From: Nannocystis bainbridge
GTDB taxonomy: Bacteria; Myxococcota_A; Polyangia; Nannocystales; Nannocystaceae
Direction: 5' to 3'
NCBI RefSeq assembly: GCF_028368995.1
Contig: NZ_JAQNDL010000002.1
Location: 160,001 to 224,000, forward strand
DNA length: 64,000 bases
The position numbers and the translations under genes were made by a program. The notes beneath the pieces are model-generated. The model worked only from the letters and a program-made list of their open reading frames with translations. It was not told the origin of the DNA and searched no databases. Shown here in pieces: positions 44,084 to 54,200 of the stretch; position 1 is the stretch's first letter; each line of letters starts with the position of its first letter.

Positions 44084-45409
44084 TCACGGGCAGAAGTTGC
44101 CGTGGGGGTTCTCCGAGGTGCAGGTGTTGAGGGTCGCGCCTTGACCCTTGGGCACGCTGACGGTCTCGAGGTGGATGTGCGGGGCCGACGAGCAGCCGGA
44201 GTTGCCGCTGTAGGCGACGAGCTGGCCCTGATCGACGTGGCTGCCGTTCTGGATCCCGGGGCCGAGTCCCTCGATGTGGAGGTAGTAGACGAACAGGTCG
44301 TTGGCCGGGTTGTTCGGGTCGCCGCAGTCGGACTTCAACTTGACGTAGTTGAAGGCATTCCAGCACTGCATCGTGCAGCCCATGTCGTAGCAGTTGGGCA
44401 GGCCGGTCTGCTGGCCGACCACGGTGCCGCCGATGCCGGCGTAGATCGGGGTGCCGAGCGCGACGCCGTAGTCGATGCCGTAGTGCGAGCCGCCGTTGCC
44501 GCAGGCCGAGAAGCCCTGGGTGACCACGCCCGGCGGGACCTGCAAGCAGCACTCGCCGCCGTTCGGCACCGCCTTGCACGCGTCGGCGACGCCAGGCGCG
44601 TTGACCTGGCAGCCGTCGGGGCACACGGTCTTGTTCACCGTCTTGCCGCCGGCGCAGTCGTAGAGATCGTTCGCATCACCCGCGGGCAAGCTCTGGCCGC
44701 AGTAGAGACCGTCGCCGCTCATCGCGCCCTGGCACGGATCGCTCTCGGGGTTGCACGCGTCGGCGACGCCGGGCGGGTTGACCTTGCAGCCGGCGTTGCA
44801 CGCGGTCTGACTGGCGGTGGCGCCGTTCTGACAGTCGTAGAGGACGGCCGCGTCGCCGCCCATGAGCGTGCCGCCGCAGTAGAGGCCGTTGCCGCTCATG
44901 GCCGAGGCGCACGGATCTTGCGCGATCGCCTTGCACGCGCCGGCCTCGCAGCCGGCCGGGCAAGGCGTGACCGATCCGGTGAGGCCGCCGCTGCACTGGT
45001 AGAGGCTGTTGTGATCGGCGAGACCGCCGAGCTCGCCGCCGCAGTGCGGACCGTCGCCGAGGCCGTCGCACGGATCGGCGGGCAAGTTCGGGTCGGTGGT
45101 GCTGGTGGTGAGCGGACCCTGCGTGGTGCCGTCGCTGGTGGTGGTGAGCGTGGTGCTCGTCGGTTCGCCGGACGTCGTGGTCGGTGGACACAGCGTGAGC
45201 TGGTCGCACGGCGCAGCGGTGGTCGCGCTGTCGGTCGTGGTCGCTCCGCCCGTGCTGCCGGAATCGCTCGTCGCGGCGTCGGTGGCCGTCAGCGCCGACG
45301 CGCTCGTGATCGTGCCCACCGACAGGCCCGATGGCCCCGCGGAGTCACCGCAAGCGAGCGTGAAGCTGACGAGCAGGACAGGCGACAGGAGCGCGGTCGA
45401 GCGAGTCAT
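44084..45409 (-). CDS. Lipoprotein: Thr stalk, three Cys-rich repeats, M23 metallopeptidase
   Basis: FTLAC lipobox; DPC...GLYCG...LYDC...C.AGC x3; HYGID, YLH, SGNSG, PHIH M23 motifs. Confidence 0.88.
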   Translation of the reverse strand: MTRSTALLSPVLLVSFTLACGDSAGPSGLSVGTITSASALTATDAATSDSGSTGGATTTDSATTAAPCDQLTLCPPTTTSGEPTSTTLTTTSDGTTQGPLTTSTTDPNLPADPCDGLGDGPHCGGELGGLADHNSLYQCSGGLTGSVTPCPAGCEAGACKAIAQDPCASAMSGNGLYCGGTLMGGDAAVLYDCQNGATASQTACNAGCKVNPPGVADACNPESDPCQGAMSGDGLYCGQSLPAGDANDLYDCAGGKTVNKTVCPDGCQVNAPGVADACKAVPNGGECCLQVPPGVVTQGFSACGNGGSHYGIDYGVALGTPIYAGIGGTVVGQQTGLPNCYDMGCTMQCWNAFNYVKLKSDCGDPNNPANDLFVYYLHIEGLGPGIQNGSHVDQGQLVAYSGNSGCSSAPHIHLETVSVPKGQGATLNTCTSENPHGNFCP

Positions 45410-45491
45410 CGTCGTCGACGATACGCGCGCGCTGCACCGGGGGACAAGGCAGGGCTGGGCGAGCCTCGGCGAATTCGCGAAGCTAGGCCGC

Positions 45492-46850
45492 ATGCGCATT
45501 ACGTTATCGCTCGCTCGCGTGTTCGTCGTGTCGCTCGCCGCCGCTGGAGCGGGGGCGTGCGGCGACGACGAGAAGGGCAGCGCCTCGGGGTTCGCGACCG
45601 GGACAGGGACGACGGTGACGAGCGACGACTCGACGACGGCGCCGACGACCGAAGCTCCGACGACGACGACCTCGACCTCGACCAGTTCGACTTCGACTTC
45701 GAGTTCGACGAGCACGAGCACGAGCGAGCCGGTGGTCCCGACCGCCGGCATGACGACCGACGAGACGACCGACGAGACGACCTCGACCTCGACGACGGAC
45801 GGCAGCAGCGGCACGACGGGGACCGAGGAGTGCGGGGCGCCCGGCATCTTGCTGGTGTGCGACAAGGGCGACGACGTCGATCCGTTCCACGCGATCGGCG
45901 TCGGTTGTCCGGGCGCCGCGGAGAACACCATCCCGATCACGAGCCCCGTGTTCAACTCGCAGCCGATCGCCTGGCGAGCGGCGCGAGGCTTCGGCACCGC
46001 CGAAGATCCGAATGCGCCGGGCGAGCTGCTGTTCCGCCCGCGCGAGGGCGAGAAGTTTTTGGTCCTCAGCACCGGCCGGGTCGAGAAGCTCGACGGCGAC
46101 GGCGTGCTGGTCGAGACCGTGCCGCAGTTCGACAACGACAACAACTTCAACCCCGACGAGCCGAACGCCCTGCCAGCGCCGATGAGCCACCTGGTCGGCT
46201 CGGACAACGGCCAGGGCGGGACCCCGTTCGCCGGGTGCGACGGGGTCCACGACTGCTCGGACAGCATCGAGCCCAACTGGACGCTCGGCAACGGCGACCC
46301 GAACGACATGCTGTCCGGCGCGTTCACGGTCGAGGTCCCGCCGGGGGTCGACGGCTTTTTGTTCGACGCGGTGTTCTTCTCCTCGGAGTACCCGGCGTTC
46401 GTCGGCGACACCTACAACGACATGTTCATCGGCTGGTCGACGAGCGAGGCGTACACCGGCAACGTCACGTTCTTCGACGGTCAGCCGTTCACGGTCACGT
46501 CGCTGGCAGAGGCGATGGAGACCGCCGGCTACGTCGCCGACGCGCCCGAGCTGGCGGGCACCGGGTTCGAGACCCACGGCACCACCGGCTGGGTGACGAT
46601 CCAGGCCCAGGTGGTCCCCGGCGAGACTTTCACGTTCGCGTTCGCGTTGATGGACATGGGCGACAGCAGCAAGGCGACCGTGACGGTGGTCGACCACTGG
46701 CGCTGGGACTGCAAGGGCTGCGTGCCGCTCGAGGTCGATCCGCTGTGCGGCACCGAGGGCCACCCGAAATGCTGCGGCCTGTGCGTCGATCCGGCCGACG
46801 ATCCGCAGTGCGGGAGCGAGGGTCACCCGGCCTGCTGCACCGCGGGCTGA
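45492..46850 (+). CDS. Lipoprotein with Thr/Ser stalk and choice-of-anchor-L-like domain
   Basis: AGAGAC lipobox; FLVLSTG, FFSSEYPAFVGDTYNDMF, TTGWV, VVPGETFT, DMGD; two C-terminal DPxCGxEGHPxCC repeats. Confidence 0.8.
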   Translation: MRITLSLARVFVVSLAAAGAGACGDDEKGSASGFATGTGTTVTSDDSTTAPTTEAPTTTTSTSTSSTSTSSSTSTSTSEPVVPTAGMTTDETTDETTSTSTTDGSSGTTGTEECGAPGILLVCDKGDDVDPFHAIGVGCPGAAENTIPITSPVFNSQPIAWRAARGFGTAEDPNAPGELLFRPREGEKFLVLSTGRVEKLDGDGVLVETVPQFDNDNNFNPDEPNALPAPMSHLVGSDNGQGGTPFAGCDGVHDCSDSIEPNWTLGNGDPNDMLSGAFTVEVPPGVDGFLFDAVFFSSEYPAFVGDTYNDMFIGWSTSEAYTGNVTFFDGQPFTVTSLAEAMETAGYVADAPELAGTGFETHGTTGWVTIQAQVVPGETFTFAFALMDMGDSSKATVTVVDHWRWDCKGCVPLEVDPLCGTEGHPKCCGLCVDPADDPQCGSEGHPACCTAG

Positions 46851-47015
46851 CCCGCCGTCATCGCCATCGCGGAGGCCCGGATCGGGAGATCCACCCGGGC
46901 CGGCGGTGGGCCCGGGGCTCTCGCGGGCGAGGGGGCGCGTCCGCGCGGAGGTCTCCACGGCCGGCTCCGGCGGCGACAGTGGTTCTCACGTCGGCGATAC
47001 GATAGGGTGGCGGCC

Positions 47016-48428
47016 ATGGCTGTTCGCTCTGGCTTTCGTCACCTGTCTCTTGGCACATGTTCTCTCGTATTCGCGCTGGCTGGCTGTTCGACGGCCGCGA
47101 GCGGCACCGGCGGGTCGACCGACGGGCTGACCGACGCCGACTCGGGCGGTAACAACTCGACCGGCCAACCGGGCACCGGCTCGGACACGGCGGTGCCGAC
47201 GGGCGGGAGCAGCGAGACCTCGCCGACGACCAGCGACGACGGCGTCACGTTCGGCTCCACCGACGCGACCGCGACGGAGGGCGTGACCAGCACGACCGAG
47301 GCCGGCACGACCGAAGGCCCGCAGACGACCTCGGGCACCGACTCGGACACCGCCACCACCGCCGTCGACACCACCGACGGCACGAGCACCACGGGTGAGA
47401 GCTCCGACGGCACGACGTCCTCGACGACCGAGCCGGTCGACGATGACGACGACGACGACGACATGGTGCCCGACGTCGACGACAACTGCCCGAACGACGC
47501 CAACCCGCTGCAGGAAGACACCGACGGCGACGGCATGGGCGACGCCTGCGACGACGACGACGACAACGACACCATCCCCGACGACGTCGACAACTGCCCG
47601 CTGGTCCCCAACCAGGATCAGAAGAACACCGACAACGACGCGTTCGGCGACGCCTGCGACGGCGACCTCGACGGCGACGGGATCCCCAACGGAGACGACC
47701 CGTTCGCCAACGACGGCAACCTGCCGGGCGTGACGACGCCGTTCAAGATCTACGCCCACTCGTCGGGCAACCTCTACACCGTCGACGTCACCGACCCGTA
47801 CGCGGTGTCGATGGTCAGCAACTTCAAGTTCTCCAACGACAACTGCGACCACTCGGTGACCGACGTGGCGATCGATCGCTGGGGCGTGCTGTACGCGGTC
47901 ACGTTCGGGTGCGGCTACGTCATCAACCCGCAGACGGCCCAGGCGTACAAGCTCGGGACCCTGCCGCAGAGCTTCAACGGGCTGACGCTGATCCCGAAGG
48001 GCATCCTCGACCCCAACAAGGACGCGCTGGTCGGCATCGCCAACACGGGTCAGTGGTACCAGCTGACGCTGCAGAACGGGATGTTCGCCATCCAGCAGAT
48101 CGGCCAGTACGGCGCCGGCTACACCTCGGCGGGCGACGCGTTCTCGATCGAGAACGTCGGCACCTACGGCGCGGTCAACAAGCAGGGCGTCGCCGGCACG
48201 GTGATCGTGCAGGTCGACCCGAAGACCGGCGCGGTCCAGAGCGAGCTGGCGACGCTGCCCCAGAACCCCGCCGTCTACGGGCTGGCCGGCTGGGAGGGGC
48301 TGATCCTGGCGTTCGACTCGAGCGGGCAGATGTTCCGCATCGACCCGCAGACCAAGGTCGTCACGCCGCTCGGCAACAAGGGCGTGGCGTGGTGGGGCGC
48401 CGGCGTCGGCACCGTGATCCCGCAGTAA
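47016..48428 (+). CDS. Lipoprotein with Thr stalk, thrombospondin type-3 Ca-binding repeats and propeller domain
   Basis: ALAGC lipobox; DNCP...NxxQxDTDGDGxGDAC repeats; C-terminal TDVAID, FNGLT, YGLA, WWGAG. Confidence 0.88.
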   Translation: MAVRSGFRHLSLGTCSLVFALAGCSTAASGTGGSTDGLTDADSGGNNSTGQPGTGSDTAVPTGGSSETSPTTSDDGVTFGSTDATATEGVTSTTEAGTTEGPQTTSGTDSDTATTAVDTTDGTSTTGESSDGTTSSTTEPVDDDDDDDDMVPDVDDNCPNDANPLQEDTDGDGMGDACDDDDDNDTIPDDVDNCPLVPNQDQKNTDNDAFGDACDGDLDGDGIPNGDDPFANDGNLPGVTTPFKIYAHSSGNLYTVDVTDPYAVSMVSNFKFSNDNCDHSVTDVAIDRWGVLYAVTFGCGYVINPQTAQAYKLGTLPQSFNGLTLIPKGILDPNKDALVGIANTGQWYQLTLQNGMFAIQQIGQYGAGYTSAGDAFSIENVGTYGAVNKQGVAGTVIVQVDPKTGAVQSELATLPQNPAVYGLAGWEGLILAFDSSGQMFRIDPQTKVVTPLGNKGVAWWGAGVGTVIPQ

Positions 48429-48702
48429 ACAGCAGGGCGAGGGCGGCCCAGCCGCCCGCCTCGCCCCCGCTGTTGCAGCCGCACGGCTCGTAGACCGGCG
48501 GCATCGAGGCGGTGTCGCCGGTGGCATCGCCGGCGGTGCCGTCAGTCGCAGTGCCGGTCGTGGCCTCGTCCACGACGGTGTCGCTGACCGTGCCCATCGT
48601 CGGCGAGGTGCCCCACGCCGGCTCGTCCTCGGCCTTCAAGACCCCCGTGGTGGTGGCGGACGGCGCGAGCAGGGCGAGGGCGAAGACGAGGGGGTGGACC
48701 AT
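48361..48702 (-). CDS. Small exported protein with MYXO-CTERM-like tail
   Basis: Signal peptide, Thr-rich body, [18 protein letters not shown]...RRRR; overlaps the convergent gene by 68 nt. Confidence 0.65.
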   Translation of the reverse strand: MVHPLVFALALLAPSATTTGVLKAEDEPAWGTSPTMGTVSDTVVDEATTGTATDGTAGDATGDTASMPPVYEPCGCNSGGEAGGWAALALLFTAGSRCRRRRPTTPRPCCRAA

Positions 48703-48773
48703 GCCCGCGAGCATAGGCGGGCGCGCGCCCGCCTGTCCACCGCGAACGTCCGGGCCGTGAGGGCTCGGAAGAG

Positions 48774-48857
48774 CACCCGAACGGACATGTCACGGAGGAC
48801 ATGTCGCATGGGCTATGTCGCCGAGGACATGTCCATATCAACATGTCCTCGACGCCA
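48774..48857. repeat. Array of six 14-bp units
   Basis: Junctions at 48786,48800,48814,48828,48842,48856; 11 nt from the stop at 48869. Confidence 0.9.
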
Positions 48858-48868
48858 TGCGCGCGCGG

Positions 48869-49819
48869 TCAGGCCGGCTTGCGGATCGCCCAGTGGGCCT
48901 CGAGCGGGGCGTCGCACAGGCCGCTGCGGTGCGACTCGAAGTTGATGGCGTTGCGCGGGCCGAGCGGGGCGCTCTCGCCCTCGCTCAGCGTGATGTCGGC
49001 GCCGCCGAGGGTGAACTGCAGCTCCCACAGCTCGGCGTCCTGGCAGCAGCCCTCGCAAGCGCAGGTCTCGAGGCTGTGCGGGGTGACGGTGAGCTCGCCG
49101 GCGGCGGCCTGGGTCGGGGTGAAGCCGCGGCCGGCGTGGTAGACGGCGGGCTCGCCGGGCGCGCCGAGGTCCCACACCGAGATGGCGGCGAACTGACAGC
49201 CGCCGAAGCCCTCGACGCGGTCGACGACGATCCGCGGGCAGGCCGGCATGAGCGGCAGCCAGGCGGCGGGGGCGGAGACGTTGAGGGTCCAGGGGTCGGG
49301 GATCAGGCAGTTCTGACCGCAGGCGCAGCCGTCGAGCTGCCACAGGGGGCCTTTCTCGGGGCTGATGCGGGTGCCGGTGAACTCGAGCGGACCGCACGCG
49401 ACGGGCTTGCCCTGCTGCACGAGCTCGGCGCCGAGGTCGTCGCCGTCGACGCCGCACACGCCTCCGCCGGTGGTGGTGTCGGTGGTGTCGGTGGTGGCGG
49501 TGGTGCCGGGCTCGGAGGTGCTGGTGGTGGTGCCGTCGGTGGTGGTGGTGCCGGTGGCGTCGGTGGTGGTGGTGCCCGGCCCGGTGGTGCCCGTGGAGGT
49601 GGAGGTGCTGGTGACCGTGCTGGCGCCGGTCGGCTCGGGCGTGGTCGTCGGCGCGTCGGAGGTGGCGTCGGGCCCGGTGGTCGGCCCGCTGGTGTTGTCA
49701 GGGCCGGTCGCGTTGGCGGTGGTCGAGGGGTCGCCGCCGGTGGTCATGGCGGTGGTGTCGTCGGCGCAGGCGACCGCGAGCGCGGCGAACATGGATAGGG
49801 CGAGTTCAAGGCGAGGCAT
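48869..49819 (-). CDS. Lipoprotein with Thr stalk and Cys-containing domain
   Basis: ALAVAC lipobox, ~90-aa Thr-rich linker, Cys-paired globular domain. Confidence 0.82.
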   Translation of the reverse strand: MPRLELALSMFAALAVACADDTTAMTTGGDPSTTANATGPDNTSGPTTGPDATSDAPTTTPEPTGASTVTSTSTSTGTTGPGTTTTDATGTTTTDGTTTSTSEPGTTATTDTTDTTTGGGVCGVDGDDLGAELVQQGKPVACGPLEFTGTRISPEKGPLWQLDGCACGQNCLIPDPWTLNVSAPAAWLPLMPACPRIVVDRVEGFGGCQFAAISVWDLGAPGEPAVYHAGRGFTPTQAAAGELTVTPHSLETCACEGCCQDAELWELQFTLGGADITLSEGESAPLGPRNAINFESHRSGLCDAPLEAHWAIRKPA

Positions 49820-49960
49820 GCTGCAAGGGTAGCGAGTCAGGGCGCGGATGGCCCGTCGCGTCCGCGAACGGACCGATGTGCGCGGCGCACTGCGGGCCCG
49901 CGAGCCCGGTGCGCGGAGGGTCCAGGGCCCGTCGGCCCACGAGCACGAAAGGTCGCGCGC

Positions 49961-50112
49961 GTGAGCTCCGAGGGCGTGATGGGCGTGACGCGGCGGCTCC
50001 GCGGAGTCGCGCGGGTGAGCTCCGGGAGCGTGACGGGGCACTACGCGGAGGTTCCGCGGAGTCGCGGATGAGCTCCGGGCGCGTGACGGGCACGACAGGA
50101 CGCGGGCTCCGG
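49961..50112. repeat. Degenerate ~54-bp tandem repeat (about 3 copies)
   Basis: TGAGCTCCG at 49962, 50016, 50069, each followed by GCGTGA and (twice) TCCGCGGAGTCGCG. Confidence 0.75.
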
Positions 50113-50232
50113 TGCGCGTGGTGGCCGGGGCGCGGACGTTCCGTCGCGGTCATGCCCGGGACCGCGAGCGAGGTTGCCGGGCAGTCAGAGAAGACGCCGC
50201 GAGTGACGGTGGCCACGCGCGTGGGCGCGGCT

Positions 50233-51156
50233 TCAGGGCGACTTCTCGCCGGCGGGGACGGCGAACGGGAGACGGTTCTCGGCCAGCGGGACAGGGCAGG
50301 TGGCGTAGGCCGTGAAGGCGCAGGGGGGATTGTGGGCGCGGTTGAAGTCGAGCAGGACGCTGCCGTCGACCGGCAGCTCGGCGAGCAGGAAGCGGCCGCC
50401 GTGGTAGGTCTCGCGGCCGCTGGTGCGATCGCTGAAGACGAACAACAAGGAGTCGCCGTCGGGGCCGTGCTCGAGGATCGGGGTGAGGCGATGCTCCTGG
50501 CCGGCGATCGTGAAGACGGCGACGCCGGGGACCTGGACCGGCTGGACGGTGCCGAGCACGGTGGGATGCTCGAGGGTCCGCGGGCTCGCCAGCGCCTCGA
50601 AGCGAGCGTGGACCTGCCAGGCCGGATCGAGGGCGAACGTGGCGATGCCGGCGAACTCGCGCCGCTCGGGGGCCTGCAGGTCGTAGAGGCGCAGGCCGAG
50701 GCGCTCGCCGCGGGCGATGATCAGGAAGGTGAAGCGATCGCCGAGCACGACGCGATCGGCGGGCTGCGATGGATCGATGTCGGAGCGCAGCGAGACGTCG
50801 GTGATGGCCTCGCCGCGCAGGCGAGCGTCGACGCCCGGGGCGAGGCGCAGGCGGACGCGGCCGGCGGCGAGGGCGAGCACGCCGACCTCGGCAGGGGCGC
50901 CGTCGGGGAAGACGATGTCGGCCCCCGGATCGGCGCCGAGCCGGTAGTCGCCGTCCCGCAGCCAGTAGAGCCCGGCGAGCGCGAGCCAGCCCTGCGGCTG
51001 CGTCAGCGCCTCGATCCGCGCGGCGTGCCAGCGGGCGTGATCGGCGGCGAAGGCCGGATCGGCGGCGGGCGGCGGCGGCGGCTGCGGGCGACAGGCGGCG
51101 AGGGTCACGCCGAGCGCGAGCGTCACCCGGGCCTTTTTAAAGAATGTGGGTCGCAT
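50233..51156 (-). CDS. DUF1684 family lipoprotein
   Basis: GWLALAGLYWL, FSDRTSGRETYHGGRFL, LDFNRAHNPPCAFTAYATCP, ENRL, AGEK. Confidence 0.9.
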   Translation of the reverse strand: MRPTFFKKARVTLALGVTLAACRPQPPPPPAADPAFAADHARWHAARIEALTQPQGWLALAGLYWLRDGDYRLGADPGADIVFPDGAPAEVGVLALAAGRVRLRLAPGVDARLRGEAITDVSLRSDIDPSQPADRVVLGDRFTFLIIARGERLGLRLYDLQAPERREFAGIATFALDPAWQVHARFEALASPRTLEHPTVLGTVQPVQVPGVAVFTIAGQEHRLTPILEHGPDGDSLLFVFSDRTSGRETYHGGRFLLAELPVDGSVLLDFNRAHNPPCAFTAYATCPVPLAENRLPFAVPAGEKSP

Positions 51157-51186
51157 GGGTACGCGAGGGGGCGGCCTTGACAGATG

Positions 51187-51270
51187 TGTCCTGAAGGACA
51201 TGTCGTGGAGAGCATGGCCTTCGAGGCATGTCGCAGGGAGCATGCCCTTCGGGGCATGTCCCGACGGTCA
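51187..51270. repeat. Array of six 14-bp units between tamA-like and DUF1684 genes
   Basis: Units at 51187,51201,51215,51229,51243,51257; two TTCG loops; the last unit contains the tamA stop codon. Confidence 0.93.
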
Positions 51271-54200
51271 GAAGGTGATGCCGACGTCGAAGATGAAGCG
51301 GCCGTTGCGGTCGTCGATCGGCTTGACGTTGCCGGGGGCGATCGAGTTGGGCAGCAGGATCGCGTAGCCGAGGGCCAGGGTGACCAGCTTGATGTCCCAC
51401 TTGACGAAGTTGATGCCGACGCTGCGGCGGAAATCGCGGGCCAGCTGCACCTGCGACCAGCGCTGGGTCAGGATGCCGAAGTCGAAGAACAGCGAGTGGT
51501 GGATCTTGCCGCCGAGGAAATCGTTGAGCGAGGTGACCTGCAGGGCGATGGTGGCGAGGGCCCGGATGTGGCCGCCCTGGGCGGTGTAGTGCAGGCGCTT
51601 GAAGCCGTCGCCGGTGTCGATCGCCTCGATGTCGACCAGCATCGTCTCGGGGAAGATGCCGCGCAGGCCGAGGTCGGCCGTGCCGCCGCCCCAGTAGCGC
51701 CAGATCTCGGGCACGCCCGCCGCGCCCGAGCCGCCCGGCAGGTTCGGCAGCGGGATGGCGTGGCCGTAGCGCAGGGCGTAGCGGAAGTTGAGGCGGTTCG
51801 CCGTGCGCGGGATCGGGATGAAGTGCTGGAACGCGAGGTCGGTGCGCAGGAACCAGTCCTGGCCGCCGAAGTAGGGCGAGGCGAAGCGCACGTCGCCCTG
51901 GATGATGATGCCCTTGTCGGGGTTCGAGGGGTTCTCGGTGTTGTTGTAGGTGAAGCCGGCCGTGAGCGCGCCGGTGCGATCGGAGACGATGGCGTCGCGG
52001 CGGTTGACGACGGTGGGCAGGCCGAGCTCGGTGTCGGGGGTGAACGCCGGCTTGGAGATGTCCTGCGAGATGTTGCTCTTCTGGATCAGGTAGCCGACGT
52101 AGAGCTGGAGCGCGCGGCTGCGGCTGTAGCTGAGGGTGATGTTGCCGACGGCGAGCTCGATAGGTCCGCGCGCCGGGGTGACGCGGCGCTGGTACTGGCC
52201 GTTGATCTCGAGCGTGAGCGGGGTGGCGAAGATCCGCGGGCGGGCCAGGCGGCCGCGGACGCTGCGCTCGTAGCAGGGCTGGCCGGCGCAGTCGCCGAGG
52301 AACGGCACGTTGGACGAGAAGCGCTGGGTGTTGAAGCCGTAGTGGCCGAGGATGTCGAAGTCCCAGGCGGTGCCGAACAGGTTGGGGAAGATCGGGTGGA
52401 GGAACACGTAGAACGGGTCGAGCGTGGCCAGGCCGACGCCGCCCTGCAGCTTGACCGAGACGTCCTTCGACTCGCGCATCTCGAGCACCTGGTGGACGGC
52501 GCAGCGCTCGTTGGGGTCGTCGTCGAGGTCGCAGCCGGTCGGGTAGGCGGTGAGCTCGGTGCTCTCGGCGACGTCGAGGCCGTCGACGTTGGCGCGCGAC
52601 TCGTCGGCCTTGGCCCGCGAGTACACGCCGCCGGTCTTGTGGGCGAACTGGCGCCGCAAGATCCAGTTGTGGGTCTTGAAGTTGCCGCGCACGACGGTGT
52701 CGCCGAACACGCCGGGGCGGCCCTCGTAGACGCTGATCTCGGCCTCGACCTCGACGGCGGAGCCGCTCTTGTACGCCTGGCACAGGCCGATCTCGGGGTC
52801 GACGAGGCGCCTGGCGTTCGGGACAGGTTTGACCTCTTTGGTGCGCGGGTCGGTGTAAAGCCAGCGCAGCTCGGCGTCGGCGACCGGGAAGCCGTCGTTG
52901 CGGTAGTTGTCGACGATGCCCTGCTCGGTGTCGCGGTCGAGCGAGGTGGCGAGCGGGATGTTGCCGGGGCGGTCGTCGCCCTTGTGGCGCAGGGCGGTGC
53001 CGCGGAGCATGCGGGTCGCGCCCCACTCGCCGCGGTCGTGGTGCGGCTGGCCCTCGATCTCGCGGTCGCCGGGGACCGGGCCGTCGAGGTAGCGGACGAC
53101 CTCGGGCTTGCGCGAGGTGAACACGCGCGGGCCCGGCTCGACGCTGACGCGCACGTAGAGCTCGGCGCGCGACTGCTTGCGCAGGGCCGCGAGGCCGCGG
53201 GGGTCGAGGTCGCGCACGGCCCAGGCGGCGAACGAGTCGCGGCGCAGGATCGTCTCGACGTCGACGTCGGCGTACTCGCCCTTCTTGTCGAGGCCGTCGG
53301 GCCAGAAGGCGACGCGCACGCCGGCCTGGGCGCACAGGTAGCCGGCGTCGGCGAACTTGGCGAGCAAGGCCGAGAGGTGGTCGACGACGGCGGCCTCGGT
53401 GAAGGTGCCGGGGGCCCGCAGCACGCGCTCGTCGGCGAACTCGCGCTCGAGCCGCTCGCGCACGCCGCGAGGGACGCCGCGGCCGACCACGAGGTCGAGC
53501 TTCTTCATGCGCACGACCGGGCCCTCCTTGATCTGGAAGGTGAGGGCGCCGGGGGCGTTGCCGTAGTCGTCGTAGCGGCCGTCGATCTCGGCCAGCAGGA
53601 AGCCCTTGCCCTGATAGAAGCCGCGCAGGTTGGCGGCCTCGCGCTGGGCCGTCTGCGCGCTCGGGGCCTCCCGGCGCGAGAACAGCTGCAGCTCGCTGCG
53701 CAGGCGCTGCTCGGAGTAGCTGCGGCGGCCGATGAAGGACGTCTTGACGCCGGGGCCGAGGTCGACGTCGACGGTCAGCGGCAGCTTGCCGGTCTTCGGG
53801 ATGTCCTCGGGCTTGAGGTCGTCGTAGCTGGTGCCGACCTGGACCTGCGGGTAGGGCAGGGCGAGCCGCGAGGTAGCGGTGCGGCGGATGATGGCGTCGC
53901 GCGGCTCGGCGAACTGCCGCTCGACGCGCTCGCGGCTCTCCTCGATGCGCTCGCGGGTGATCCGGGCCGGGAACGGGGTGGCCTTGACGCGCGGCCAGAA
54001 GGCGCGGCGGATCCAGCCCTTGTCGTCCTCGGAGACCTTGCCGACGACCTTCACCTGGCGCATCGGCACGCGGAAGGCGGGGCCCTTGTCGAGGTACACG
54101 TAGAGGTCGACCTCGTCGCTGGCGCGCCCGCACGTGAGCCCGAGCGAGGCGTTGCCGCGCAGGTAGCCCTTGTCGTAGAGGTAGCGCTTCAGCCGATCGA

